64,000 nt of DNA from Candidatus Latescibacterota bacterium (GCA_963707635.1 OY970173.1:2176001-2240000); one strand, 5' to 3'. Positions 41,584 through 51,725 are shown, counted from the first letter of the stretch. The notes: generated by a model from the sequence alone, not told the origin. Program-made: numbers and translations.

Positions 41584-42273
41584 CTAGGGCCGCGCCGGCG
41601 TCGCCTGCTGGCCTTGCAAGTGAAGTTTCAAACGAATGATCCGCCGCTGAATGTACGCGGACCGTTCTTCCGGCGTCATGCGCATCAGGTCGGCGGAAAC
41701 CAGCGAGTCGATGGTGGCCTCGGTCGTCGACTCGTCGATGGCCCCGTGCGACGCGCCGCCCGGCGCGCTCACACTCCCCGCTCGATACCCGCTCGATACC
41801 ATGAGCTCCTGCCCGTTCCGCCCGGCGCCCAAACTGGGGCGCGGTACGATCGGCGGCGTCGCGTTCAGCGGGCGGTCGCGGGAAATCCCCGTCGCCGCGC
41901 CCGGAGTCACCGCGGGTCCGGCTGCTTCCCGCAGAGCCACCGCACCCACCACCAGCACGAGGCCGAACATCATCCCCGCGCTCAGCGCGTAGCGACGGCT
42001 CCACGCCCGCGCCCATGCGCCGGACGCCTCCGATCGCGAACGCACCTGATTGCGCTCCCGGTGAATTGCCAGCCGGACCTTCCAGTTGAAGTTCTCGTCG
42101 AGCGGCTCCAGCGGGACCCGATGAATCAACGCGAGGCTCCTGGTCAACTCGGCGGCGAAACGCTCGCACTCCACGCACTCGCCGAGATGACGGTCGAGCT
42201 CCGCGCGCAATACCTCGTGACTCATCCCGTCTACGAAGTCAAACAACAGTTGTCGTGCACGACGGCAGTTCAT
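41584..42273 (-). CDS. Zinc-binding (zf-HC2/ZAS) membrane anti-sigma factor
   Basis: MNC...HLGECVEC (HxxxCxxC) and one TM helix; follows the ECF sigma gene. Confidence 0.85.
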   Translation of the reverse strand: MNCRRARQLLFDFVDGMSHEVLRAELDRHLGECVECERFAAELTRSLALIHRVPLEPLDENFNWKVRLAIHRERNQVRSRSEASGAWARAWSRRYALSAGMMFGLVLVVGAVALREAAGPAVTPGAATGISRDRPLNATPPIVPRPSLGAGRNGQELMVSSGYRAGSVSAPGGASHGAIDESTTEATIDSLVSADLMRMTPEERSAYIQRRIIRLKLHLQGQQATPARP

Positions 42274-42292
42274 CTCATTCACTCCTCCATGC

Positions 42293-42919
42293 CTAGAAGT
42301 CGACACCCTTCTCGACGACCGGGGCGACCACCTGCCTGAAGTGGTTGCGCGCCCGATTGATCCTGGAGCGGACGGTCCCGAGCTTTAGCCCGGTGACCGC
42401 CGCAATTTCCTCATAGGACAGCTCGTTTATCTCCCGAAGCACGAAGCTCTCCCGATACTTGGCGGGGATCTTCTGGATCGCCCGGCTGATGATCTCCCCC
42501 AGTTCCGCGTCGTTGATCACCTCGTCGGGGGACTTGCGCGTGTCCTCGATGTCGAGGGTCCTCTCTTCGTCCGAATCGGCCGAACGCGTCCACAGCGACA
42601 CGATCTTTGGTGCGCGCGAACGCGAGCGCAGCCGATTGCGGACGAGATTGGTCGCGATGGTGTAGAGCCAGGTCGAAAAGCGCGCGATCGTCTTGTACTT
42701 GTCGGCGTGTATGTACGCCTTGACGAACGCTTCCTGCGCAATCTCCTCGGCTTCGTCACGGCTGCCGGTCAGACGGAACAGGTAATTGAACAGCCTCACC
42801 TTGAACCGCTCGACCAGTACGTCATAGCAGTCCGTGTCCCCACCCTGGACGCGGAGCATCAAGTCCTCGTCCGAGTGATCTTTCCACTTGGCGCGATCGC
42901 GATTCGAATCGGTATGCAC
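42293..42919 (-). CDS. ECF RNA polymerase sigma factor
   Basis: DEDLM, AEEIAQEAF, FSTWLYTIATN, LSYEEIA, GTVRSRINRAR. Confidence 0.93.
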   Translation of the reverse strand: MHTDSNRDRAKWKDHSDEDLMLRVQGGDTDCYDVLVERFKVRLFNYLFRLTGSRDEAEEIAQEAFVKAYIHADKYKTIARFSTWLYTIATNLVRNRLRSRSRAPKIVSLWTRSADSDEERTLDIEDTRKSPDEVINDAELGEIISRAIQKIPAKYRESFVLREINELSYEEIAAVTGLKLGTVRSRINRARNHFRQVVAPVVEKGVDF

Positions 42920-42945
42920 CGGGCACCTCGTCGGTCGTGTCAGCT

Positions 42946-42973
42946 TATACTCGCCGCGCCGGCGACGGGTTCC
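42946..42973 (-). promoter_or_regulatory. Putative ECF autoregulatory promoter
   Basis: GGAACC-N16-AGTATA upstream of the sigma gene. Confidence 0.45.
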
Positions 42974-43013
42974 CGATTCGAACAAGACTTGTAATACATT
43001 GCCATATAATAAG

Positions 43014-43730
43014 TTACTCCGCTGCCGTCAGGCGAATCCGCCAGCCGCGAACGGGAAGCGTGGCGGAGAGTTCCCGCAATCGCCCGTCGCGCCAGCCGTA
43101 GGTCACCTCGAGCCGGTCGTCGAACGTGCGCGACTCCGCCGGGTCCGGCCAGACCGCGCACATCAGCCGTCCGTCGGCGAGGTCGAGGCGAAACGCTCCA
43201 GTCGTGAGCGTCCCCGCCACCCCACCGTCGACGGGAACGAGCGACACCACGCCGTCGCCGGCCGAGATGCCGGTCGCCCGCGCCACACCCGTCGCCCATC
43301 TGCCCGCCGTCCCCGTCCCCTGCCGAATCAGCTCGTCCACCGCGTCGCCCTCGTACAGGCGCGCGTGTTCGCGGTCGAACACGCGCAACGTGTCCCGCGC
43401 CATCGTCACCACGATGTCCTCGCGCTGTCCTCCGAAGAGCGTGGTTCCGCTGAACTCGAGCACGAGATCCCCCGCCGCATCGACGCGCAGCTGGAAGCGC
43501 CCGCGCACGCGGTATTGCTCGACGTCGAAGGTCGCGCGCCCCGCCAGCGACCACGGGCGCTCCGGCAGGCCGGCCGTGAGCAGCGAGTCGACCACACGGT
43601 CCGGGTTCCCGCCGGGAGCGGCGCGCGGCGCGCCCACGCGTTGCCGGCAACCCGCGCCGAGGCCCGCGGCGAGCACCACCAGCGCGGCGAGGCTAATTGC
43701 CGCGGCGTTGTGCGGACTCGATCTTCTCAC
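43014..43730 (-). CDS. Hypothetical lipoprotein (DUF4292/LolB-fold-like)
   Basis: GAGC lipobox, beta-rich, directly after a long TPR gene. Confidence 0.6.
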   Translation of the reverse strand: MRRSSPHNAAAISLAALVVLAAGLGAGCRQRVGAPRAAPGGNPDRVVDSLLTAGLPERPWSLAGRATFDVEQYRVRGRFQLRVDAAGDLVLEFSGTTLFGGQREDIVVTMARDTLRVFDREHARLYEGDAVDELIRQGTGTAGRWATGVARATGISAGDGVVSLVPVDGGVAGTLTTGAFRLDLADGRLMCAVWPDPAESRTFDDRLEVTYGWRDGRLRELSATLPVRGWRIRLTAAE

Positions 43731-45450
43731 GCAGTGATGCGCTGGGTTCCTGCAGCTCGCTCGAGTGGCGATATGCGGCCAACGCCTCCGGGTAGCGCGA
43801 AAGCGCGGCGTACGCGTCGCCGAGGTGTTCCAGAATCACGGGGTCGTCGGCGATGATGCGGACCGCCCGCTCGAGCTCGCTGGCCGCGCGCCCGTACTCG
43901 CCCCGCCGGAAGTAGATCCACCCGAGGCTGTCGAGGTAGTAGCCGTTGGCCGGTTCCTTCGCCAGCGCCTTGCGCACGAGCGCCTCGGCGTGCTCGAGGT
44001 CCTTTCCCATCTCCGCGAGCAGGTACCCGTAGAAGTTGCACACCGCCGCGTCGTCGGGCACCAGCGCGTAGAGTTCGACCAGCAGACGCTCGGCGTCTTC
44101 CCAGCGTCCCTGCTTCTCGTGCACGGATGCGAGGTTGAACATCGCGCCGCGATCCCCCGGCTTGAGCTCGTTCGCGCGCGCGAGGTGGACGCGCGCGCCT
44201 TCCAGGGAATCCACGCTCGAATAGGCCATGCCCACCATGAACTGCGCGTCGAAATCGTCGCGCGGGGCGAGCGTCGACGCTCGCTCGAGCAAGGTTCCGA
44301 CCTCCGCCTTCGAGAGCTCGACGCGGGCCCCTTTCGCGCCGGGCGTATCGCGGGCGAAGAACAGCGCCAGGTAGTTGCGATAATCCTCGGGGCCGGCGGC
44401 AATCGCCCGCTCGAAATACCCTCGCGCTTCGGCCGCGTCCCCGGTTCGCAGACTCAGATCTCCGAGAATCCGAGCCAGCTCGGTGCTTTGCGGCGACTTC
44501 TGGTAGAGGCCCTGGAAGACACCCTTCGCCGATTCGAATTCACCCGCCTCGAAATAGAGACGCCCGAGCAGGAGCTCGGTCTCCTCGCCGGCCGGTCCGT
44601 CCACCCGTTCGGCTTCGAGGATCCGGATGCCGTCGGCGTAGCGGCCGGCCGCCAGGTAGGCCTCCGCCAGTTTCGCGCGCGCCATCGGGGGAGCGTCCCC
44701 GCGCGCGACCAGGCCTTCGAGCACCGGGAGCGCGTCTTCCAGCCGGCCTTCGGACTCGAGCAGTCGCACCAGCTGCTCGATCGCCCGGGGTTCTCCCGCG
44801 TCGAGTTCGAGCGCGGCGCGAAACGCCTCCTCCGCCTCTCGTGGCCGCCCGGCCTCCACCAGCAGTTCCCCCCGCAGGGTGTGGAGCTCCGGAATCGACG
44901 GATCGAGGCGCACACACGCCTCCACCGCGCCGATGGCGCGCTCGAGGTCTCCCTCCTCCAGATACAGGCTCGCCAGCATCCGCTCGGATTCGACGGAAGC
45001 GACCCCCGACTCGCGCGCACGCTCGAGATAGCGGATCGACGCGGCCGGGTCGCGACGGCCGTAGCTGACCCGCGCGCGCAGCAGCAGCATGTCGAGGCGC
45101 GCCGGATCCGCTTTCAGCACCCGCTCCGCGATGCGATCCGCGTGGTCTACGTCGCGGACCGCGTAGTATGCCCGGGCCAGGCACGCTCCCACCGGCGGCG
45201 ATTCCCCGCTCGTCCGCCACGCGGCGAGCAACGGGTCGATGGCCTGGTCGGGATGCCCGCTCTCGAGCAGATACACGCCCGCGGCAAAACTGCCGAGCGT
45301 GGCCGCCCCGTCCACGTCGCGGGTTGCGTCCGCCGGCGCTGCCAGGGAAACGCCTGCGCCCGGCGCGGCCAACGCGCAGCACACGAAGGCGATACGGCAT
45401 GCCCGTGCAAAAGTCGCCCATCTCAAAAACCGAGTTTGCGTGATTCGCAT
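43693..45450 (-). CDS. Exported tetratricopeptide repeat protein
   Basis: Many TPRs; CNFYGYLLAE, YLDSLGWIYF, EHLGDAY. Confidence 0.88.
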   Translation of the reverse strand: MRITQTRFLRWATFARACRIAFVCCALAAPGAGVSLAAPADATRDVDGAATLGSFAAGVYLLESGHPDQAIDPLLAAWRTSGESPPVGACLARAYYAVRDVDHADRIAERVLKADPARLDMLLLRARVSYGRRDPAASIRYLERARESGVASVESERMLASLYLEEGDLERAIGAVEACVRLDPSIPELHTLRGELLVEAGRPREAEEAFRAALELDAGEPRAIEQLVRLLESEGRLEDALPVLEGLVARGDAPPMARAKLAEAYLAAGRYADGIRILEAERVDGPAGEETELLLGRLYFEAGEFESAKGVFQGLYQKSPQSTELARILGDLSLRTGDAAEARGYFERAIAAGPEDYRNYLALFFARDTPGAKGARVELSKAEVGTLLERASTLAPRDDFDAQFMVGMAYSSVDSLEGARVHLARANELKPGDRGAMFNLASVHEKQGRWEDAERLLVELYALVPDDAAVCNFYGYLLAEMGKDLEHAEALVRKALAKEPANGYYLDSLGWIYFRRGEYGRAASELERAVRIIADDPVILEHLGDAYAALSRYPEALAAYRHSSELQEPSASLREKIESAQRRGN

Positions 45451-45481
45451 AAGAGCTAGTAACTTAGCTTCAGTGTAACAG

Positions 45482-45802
45482 GTGACCATCGTGCTGACAA
45501 CGACGCGACCTCATGGACGTTCGGTGCTCGTTCGCACTCTCGCCCTGATCGTCGCGGCGGGGTGCATCTCCGGCTGCTACACGATTTTCAGGCACCCGGC
45601 GATCATGGAGATGAGCTTCCGGCGCCCCGCGCCGGACCAGCCCTGCACGGCCTGCCACGCGTCCGGGGAGCGAATCGGTTTTCTCCGCCCCAACGCGCTC
45701 GCCCCCGAACCCTCACCGTGGGGAGATCTCGAGCATCCCTGGTGGATCGATCGAGCCGACTTCCCCGATACCGCGCGAGGTGACGGTGGCACGTCGCACT
45801 GA
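45482..45802 (+). CDS. Small lipoprotein with a single CxxCH motif
   Basis: ISGC lipobox, CTACH; overlaps the next gene. Confidence 0.65.
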   Translation: MTIVLTTTRPHGRSVLVRTLALIVAAGCISGCYTIFRHPAIMEMSFRRPAPDQPCTACHASGERIGFLRPNALAPEPSPWGDLEHPWWIDRADFPDTARGDGGTSH

Positions 45803-47093
45803 CCGGTACGCGCGCGCGGCGGCCGCCTGCATCAGCGCTCTGCTCCTCGCGCCGGGCGCGAGCGCGCAGTCCGAGGACGTCGCGGTCCAATTCGAGGACT
45901 TCGGATTCACCGCGCTCCCGGACCCATCGGCGCGGGCGAACGCAATTTCTGCACCGGCCGCCCTGGTCTCCGACGTGACCGCGCTCCTGTACAACCCGGC
46001 CGGCCTCTCGCGGGTCAAGCGGCGCAACGCGAGCATTTCCTACGCCTGGCGCAGTCAGGACTGCGACTACGCGTTCGGCGGCCAGTCGGAAACCTCGACG
46101 GCAGACGCGTCGGGGCTGGGTTTCGCCGGCTTTGCGTTTCCCATCCCCGTGCTGCGCGGGAGCCTCGTGCCGGCGGTGTCGGTCCACCGGGCATTCTCCA
46201 GCGAGCGGGTGCTGAGCTACCACGGCCTCAACCTTCCCGACGGACGCGACGACACGTACTTACTCCAGCAGTCGGGCGCGACCTACGCGTACACGCTCGG
46301 GGTGAGCGTGGACGTATCCGGCACGTTTTCCCTGGGCGGGGCCCTGTCGTTCCTGGACGGGGACATCGACGTGCTCCGCCAGTACGATACCCGGCCCCAC
46401 CTTCCCCAGCCGCAGCCGCAAACGTTCGTGATGGACTCGGCGCAGCTCCAGGTCACCGGAGTCGTCGGCAAGCTGGGCCTCGAGGTCTACGCCCACCGTC
46501 ATCTGCAACTCGCGGTGGTGTTGACCTCGCGGCAACCGCTGGAAGTGAGTGGAACCCGGGTGCAGGAGGTCACCACCCAGGTCGACAACGACGTCGGTTC
46601 GTTCACTCGCGAGACCACGACGCCGTCCACCGAATACGTGCTCCCCTACCGCCTCGACGCGGCGATGGCCGTGCCGTGGAAGACGATCACGCTCGCCGCC
46701 CAGGTGGGGTACGCCGACTGGACCCAGGCCACGATCGATGGCCACCGCATTCGCACCCAGGGCGGCGAGGAGGTGTTGCGCTCGGTGGTCGACCTGCGCG
46801 GGGGCGTGGAATGGTCGGTGCCGGTTCGGGGGCTGCGGGTGCGAGCAGGTATCGCCCGCGCCCGCGGGGCGCTTTCGTTCATGCAGGCCGACCGCATCGA
46901 CGAGGACCGTCTGGAACGGATCGCCGCCGAATCAGGACGTACGCGGGTGTCGCTGGGCGCGGGCCTGCTGGTCGGGACGCGGGTGACACTGGACGCCGCG
47001 TACGAAAACGTCCAGGGGGAGCGTAGCACCGAGACCGTCGGTGAGCGTGTCGACGGGCAGGGAGTGCTCCTGCAAGGGTCGTACTGGTTCTAG
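45780..47093 (+). CDS. OmpP1/FadL/PorV-like outer membrane beta-barrel
   Basis: Signal peptide, ARA...D.TALLYNPAGL, amphipathic strands, C-terminal SYWF. Confidence 0.8.
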   Translation: MTVARRTDRYARAAAACISALLLAPGASAQSEDVAVQFEDFGFTALPDPSARANAISAPAALVSDVTALLYNPAGLSRVKRRNASISYAWRSQDCDYAFGGQSETSTADASGLGFAGFAFPIPVLRGSLVPAVSVHRAFSSERVLSYHGLNLPDGRDDTYLLQQSGATYAYTLGVSVDVSGTFSLGGALSFLDGDIDVLRQYDTRPHLPQPQPQTFVMDSAQLQVTGVVGKLGLEVYAHRHLQLAVVLTSRQPLEVSGTRVQEVTTQVDNDVGSFTRETTTPSTEYVLPYRLDAAMAVPWKTITLAAQVGYADWTQATIDGHRIRTQGGEEVLRSVVDLRGGVEWSVPVRGLRVRAGIARARGALSFMQADRIDEDRLERIAAESGRTRVSLGAGLLVGTRVTLDAAYENVQGERSTETVGERVDGQGVLLQGSYWF

Positions 47094-47097
47094 CCGC

Positions 47098-47586
47098 TTA
47101 GCGCTTGCGCGACGTTCCCCCGAGGAGCGCCAGGTAGGCGTCGTCCAATCGGCCCATCACGTCTTCGCTCAACCCGCCTCCGTCCTGGAGCGCGCGGTTG
47201 TAGACTTCCTCCAGGTAACGGCACAGCGAAACCTGGCGACCCTCGATCTGCTCGTCGACGAGCGCGATCAGCTCCGCGCGCCGGCGCAGGAAATCGGGGT
47301 CGCTTTCCTCGCGACGAGCCACGTTGTGGAAGTAATCGTTGAGGAGATTCAGCCAGTACGCGTCGTGCTCGCCCCCGTTGTCGAACACACAACCGGGGCG
47401 ATCGAGAAAGCAGTAGCCGTAAACGAGATACGTGCACTGCAGCATTCCCTGCAGAAAGAAGCGACGGAAGCAATCCGGGCTCGTCTCGTCGAGGCGACAC
47501 GGGAGCTGGCAGTCGCGGCACAGGCGAACATTGTCGCCCCCGTACACGTACGGGGCGGCGGGAACACGAATCTCGGGTCGGCCCAT
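47098..47586 (-). CDS. Cys-rich hypothetical protein
   Basis: Protein-like composition, 8 Cys including CRDCQLPC; fills the gap after rnc. Confidence 0.65.
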   Translation of the reverse strand: MGRPEIRVPAAPYVYGGDNVRLCRDCQLPCRLDETSPDCFRRFFLQGMLQCTYLVYGYCFLDRPGCVFDNGGEHDAYWLNLLNDYFHNVARREESDPDFLRRRAELIALVDEQIEGRQVSLCRYLEEVYNRALQDGGGLSEDVMGRLDDAYLALLGGTSRKR

Positions 47587-47618
47587 GGTTGCTGGAACCG
47601 GAAGCGTCGCGGCGGCGG

Positions 47619-48392
47619 TCAGCCCTCCGCGCCGGCGTTGATCAGCCGGCGGTACGCTTCCTTCGCGGCCTCCTGTTCCGCGTTCTTCTTGGTCTTCCCC
47701 GTACCCTGGCCCAGGATATTACCTTTCACCACGACTTCGACCACGAACAGTTTGTCGTGGTCGGGCCCGGTGGTCGAATGCACCCGGTAGCGCGGAGGCA
47801 CCTTGTGCAGCGCCTGAATGTATTCCTGCAAGTGGCTCTTATAATTGAAACTATCTTCCCGTGAGGTCTGGTCCTCCAGGTCCTCCGGCAGCACCTTCAG
47901 GATGCACCGCTTGGCCGCCTCGAAACCACCGTCGATGAATACCGCTCCAAAGACCGCCTCGAGCGTATCCGACAGGACGCTATCCATCGTCTGCACGCCC
48001 GCGCGCTGCGCGTTGTCGCTCACCAACACGAACGCGCCCAGGTCGAGCTCCTTGCCCCGATCCGCCAGCGCCTGCTTGCTCACGATGACGGACTTCATCT
48101 TCGTCAACTCGCCCTCCGTCTTGTCGGGATAACGATGGTACAAACAGTCGTTGACCACCAGCGACAACACCGAATCGCCGAGGAATTCCATGCGCTCGTT
48201 CGAGCGCAACGCGACGTTCGACTCCAGCCCCGCGTAATACGAACGGTGCATCAGCGAGGCGATCAGGAGCGAGCGATCGCGGAAGCGATAGCCGATGATG
48301 TCCTCGAGCAGGGCGAGGCGTTCGCGCTCCATCGGCGCGGGAGTGGAGTCTGGGGTGAAGCGCGAAAAGAGTCTTCGAAGCGCGCCCCGCAT
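47619..48392 (-). CDS. rnc: Ribonuclease III
   Basis: NERMEFLGDSVL and dsRBD. Confidence 0.95.
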   Translation of the reverse strand: MRGALRRLFSRFTPDSTPAPMERERLALLEDIIGYRFRDRSLLIASLMHRSYYAGLESNVALRSNERMEFLGDSVLSLVVNDCLYHRYPDKTEGELTKMKSVIVSKQALADRGKELDLGAFVLVSDNAQRAGVQTMDSVLSDTLEAVFGAVFIDGGFEAAKRCILKVLPEDLEDQTSREDSFNYKSHLQEYIQALHKVPPRYRVHSTTGPDHDKLFVVEVVVKGNILGQGTGKTKKNAEQEAAKEAYRRLINAGAEG

Positions 48393-48401
48393 GTCGGTCT
48401 G

Positions 48402-49655
48402 TCAGGCTCCCGCGTATCGCCGCACGGCGATGGTGACGTTGTGCCCCCCGAAGCCGAAGGAGTTCGAAAGCGCGACGTCGACCACCGCTCGGCGCGCGCG
48501 ATTGGGCACGTAATCGAGGTCGCACTGCGGGTCCGGGTTCTCCTGGTTGATCGTGGGCGGAACGATCCCGTCGCGGATGGCGAGCACGCAGAACACCAGC
48601 TCCACCGCCGCCGCCGCCCCGAGCAGATGGCCGACCATCGACTTGGTCGAGCTCACCATCATCTTGTACGCGTGCTCGCCGAAGACCCGCTTGATGGCCG
48701 CGGTTTCGCTCGCGTCGTTGAGCTCGGTGCTGGTGCCGTGCGCATTGATATACTGCACGTCGCCCGGCGCGATTCCCGCGTCGGTGACCGCCATCTGCAT
48801 CGCTCGCACCGCCCCCTCTCCGTCGGGAGCCGGCGAGGTCATGTGGTACGCGTCCCCCGAGAGGCCGACGCCCACAACCTCCGCCATGATGATCGCCCCT
48901 CGCGCGCGCGCGTGCTCCAGTTCTTCGAGCAGGAGTGTCCCGGCCCCCTCGCCGATCACGAAGCCGTCGCGGTCGCGGTCGAACGGCCGCGAGGCCCGTG
49001 CCGGGTCGTCGTTGCGCCGCGAAAGCGCCCTCACGGAACAGAAGCCGGCGAGCGACATGGGCGTCACCGCCGCCTCGGTGCCGCCCGTCACCACCGCGTC
49101 GGCGTGGCCGGCCTTGATCAGCAGGTAGGCGTCCGCGATGGCGTTGCCCCCCGACGCGCACGCAGAGACCGTCGCGTAGTTGGGCCCTTTGAGCCCGAAG
49201 GCGATCGAGACATAGCCGGACGGCATGTCGGCGATCATCATCGGAATGAAGAACGGGCTGACTTTGTCGGGGCCGCGTTCGCGCAGAATTGTGTGCTGCT
49301 TTTCGAAGGTCGCAATCCCTCCGATGCCCGAGCCGATCACGACGCCGATGCGGTTGCGGTCGAGTGAATCGAAGTCGATACCGGCCAGCGCCTGTCGCGT
49401 GGCCGCCATCGCGAGGTGCACCGTGCGGTCGGTGCGCTTGCTGTCCTTGGCGTCCATGAACTCGAGCGGCTCGAAGTTGCGGACCTCGGCGGCGAAGCGC
49501 GTCGAAAACGCGGATGCGTCGAAACTCGTGATCGGGCCGACGCCGCCGCGCCCCGCCACCAGCGCATTCCAGGTGTCGACGGTGCTGTGGCCGCACGCCG
49601 TCACCAGACCGACGCCGGTGACGACAACGCGCCTTGGGCTTTTCGTCAGAGCCAT
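48402..49655 (-). CDS. fabF: Beta-ketoacyl-ACP synthase II
   Basis: SACASG, NAHGTST, GHLLGAA, SNSFGFGG. Confidence 0.96.
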   Translation of the reverse strand: MALTKSPRRVVVTGVGLVTACGHSTVDTWNALVAGRGGVGPITSFDASAFSTRFAAEVRNFEPLEFMDAKDSKRTDRTVHLAMAATRQALAGIDFDSLDRNRIGVVIGSGIGGIATFEKQHTILRERGPDKVSPFFIPMMIADMPSGYVSIAFGLKGPNYATVSACASGGNAIADAYLLIKAGHADAVVTGGTEAAVTPMSLAGFCSVRALSRRNDDPARASRPFDRDRDGFVIGEGAGTLLLEELEHARARGAIIMAEVVGVGLSGDAYHMTSPAPDGEGAVRAMQMAVTDAGIAPGDVQYINAHGTSTELNDASETAAIKRVFGEHAYKMMVSSTKSMVGHLLGAAAAVELVFCVLAIRDGIVPPTINQENPDPQCDLDYVPNRARRAVVDVALSNSFGFGGHNVTIAVRRYAGA

Positions 49656-49708
49656 ACCTGTCCTGACCGCGCCCCCGGGGGCGCCGTGCGCGGCGAGCGC
49701 GCGCGTCC

Positions 49709-49945
49709 CTAGCCGACCTTCGAGTTGATGTAGTCGATCGCGTTCTGCACGGTCTTGATCTTCTCGGCCTCTTCGTCTGGAATGTCGAGACCGAATTCGT
49801 CTTCCAGCGCCATGACCAGCTCGACGGTATCCAGTGAATCGGCTTTCAGGTCTTCCGCGAACCGGGCGTCGGTCGTTATCTGATCTGCATTCACGGAGAG
49901 TTTTTCCTCGATGATCTTCTTGACCTTGGCTTCGATATCCGACAT
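49709..49945 (-). CDS. acpP: Acyl carrier protein
   Basis: [14 protein letters not shown]. Confidence 0.96.
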   Translation of the reverse strand: MSDIEAKVKKIIEEKLSVNADQITTDARFAEDLKADSLDTVELVMALEDEFGLDIPDEEAEKIKTVQNAIDYINSKVG

Positions 49946-49969
49946 GTGAACGGTCACCTCCTGTTGACG

Positions 49970-50716
49970 CTAGCGCGCCATCACCAAACCGCCATCGCAG
50001 TTGATCACCTGGCCCGTCAGATAACTCGCCAGGTCCGACACGAGAAACATGACTACATCGGCGACGTCCCGGGTCTCGCCGAAACGGCCGAGCGGGATCA
50101 TCCCCTTCATTTGCGCCTGGGTCTCCTCCGACAACGCGTCGGTCATCGCCGTGCGGATGAAACCGGGCGCCACCGCGTTCACCCGCACCCCGCGCGGGGC
50201 GAACTCCCGGGCGAGCGACTTCGTCAGGCCGATCAGGCCCGCCTTGCTCGCCGCGTAGTTGGCCTGCCCCGCGTTGCCCATCTGCCCCACCACCGACGCG
50301 ATGCTGACGATGCTGCCGGCGCGCTGCTTGAGCATCACCGGAGCGAACACCTTGGTCACGTTGAACGCGCCGGTCAGATTCACCGCCATGACCTGCCCCC
50401 AATCGTCCGGGGTCATGCGCACGAACAGGCGATCGCGGGCGATCCCCGCGTTGTTCACCAGCACGTCAACCCGGCCGAAGTCTTCGATCACCCGGCGCCC
50501 GATCGCTTCGGAATCGTCGTAAGACGACACGTCGCAGCGGTACCCGCGCGCCACCCCGCCCCGCCCGGCCACCTCGGCGGCCGAACCCACCACCGTCTCC
50601 TCGATCACGTCGAGCATGGCCAGCGACGCCCCCGCGCTGGCCAGCCGGTCGGAAATCTCGCGCCCGATTCCCCGGGCCGCCCCCGTCACGACCGCGACTT
50701 TTCCGGAAAGTTCCAT
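49970..50716 (-). CDS. fabG: 3-oxoacyl-ACP reductase
   Basis: TGAARGIG, NNAGI, YAASK. Confidence 0.95.
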   Translation of the reverse strand: MELSGKVAVVTGAARGIGREISDRLASAGASLAMLDVIEETVVGSAAEVAGRGGVARGYRCDVSSYDDSEAIGRRVIEDFGRVDVLVNNAGIARDRLFVRMTPDDWGQVMAVNLTGAFNVTKVFAPVMLKQRAGSIVSIASVVGQMGNAGQANYAASKAGLIGLTKSLAREFAPRGVRVNAVAPGFIRTAMTDALSEETQAQMKGMIPLGRFGETRDVADVVMFLVSDLASYLTGQVINCDGGLVMAR

Positions 50717-50791
50717 GGTGACCAAACGCCCGGCGGCCGTGCCGCCGCCCACGTTTATATCAGACCGCTCCGACCTGCGAAAACAAAAAGT

Positions 50792-51706
50792 TCAACGGGC
50801 CGGTAGCGCGTCGCAGCGCGAGAGGGACGTCACCTCGACCCCGTCCACGATTCGCTTCATGAGCCCCCCCAGCACCGCCCCGGGCCCGACTTCGAATACC
50901 GGCGTCCGCGCACGCGCCGCGAACACGCGCATTCCCTGGGTCCACCGCACCGGCGACGAAAGTTGCCGTGCGAGCAGCTCTACCACTCGCGACGCGTCGT
51001 CGACCACGTCTCCGGTCACGTTCGTGACCCAGGGCACGCGCAGCGGCGCCACCGGGAACGAGTCCAGAAAACCGCGAAACTCGGCGACCACCGCTTCCAT
51101 CAGCGGTGAATGAAACGCGCCGCTGACCGGCAGCTTCAGCGCGCGCTTGGCGCCGCGAGCCTTGCACACCTCACACGCCCGCTCGACCGCGGCGACGTCG
51201 CCGGAAATTGCGAACTGGGAAGGCGAGTTGTAGTTCGCCACCACGACCGTGCCGCCCGCCTCGCGCAGGCACGCGTTCACCTGCGCCTCGTCGAGACCGA
51301 TGATCGCCGCCATGGTGCCCGGCCGTTCGACGCCGGCGTCGTACATCAGCTCGCCGCGCCGGCGCACGATCTTCAGCGCGTCGAGGGGATCCAGGCACCC
51401 GGCGGCCACCAGCGCCGAAAATTCGCCCAGGCTGTGCCCGGCCACGATCGACGGCTTCACCCCGCGCGCCCCGAGCACGGCCAGGATCGCGATGCTGTGG
51501 AGCAGAATCGCGGGCTGGGCATTGCGCGTCTGCGTGAGCTCGTCCAGGTCACCGGTGAACGACAGCGTGGAAATGTCGAATCCGAGCGCGCCGTTGGCGC
51601 GCCGATACAGCTCGCGCGCCTCCGGGAAGTCGTCGTAGTAGTCCTTCCCCATCCCGACGAACTGCGAGCCCTGGCCCGGGAACAGCATTCCCACTGGTGT
51701 CGACAT
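50792..51706 (-). CDS. fabD: Malonyl-CoA:ACP transacylase
   Basis: FPGQGSQ, GHSLGE, SGAFHS. Confidence 0.95.
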   Translation of the reverse strand: MSTPVGMLFPGQGSQFVGMGKDYYDDFPEARELYRRANGALGFDISTLSFTGDLDELTQTRNAQPAILLHSIAILAVLGARGVKPSIVAGHSLGEFSALVAAGCLDPLDALKIVRRRGELMYDAGVERPGTMAAIIGLDEAQVNACLREAGGTVVVANYNSPSQFAISGDVAAVERACEVCKARGAKRALKLPVSGAFHSPLMEAVVAEFRGFLDSFPVAPLRVPWVTNVTGDVVDDASRVVELLARQLSSPVRWTQGMRVFAARARTPVFEVGPGAVLGGLMKRIVDGVEVTSLSRCDALPAR

Positions 51707-51725
51707 CGATCCGCTCCGCGCCGTG

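Noticed and set aside
45395..45412. Sigma54-like CGGCATGCCCGTGCA upstream of the CxxCH lipoprotein
   Set aside because: GG-GC spacing is 9 rather than the required 10.
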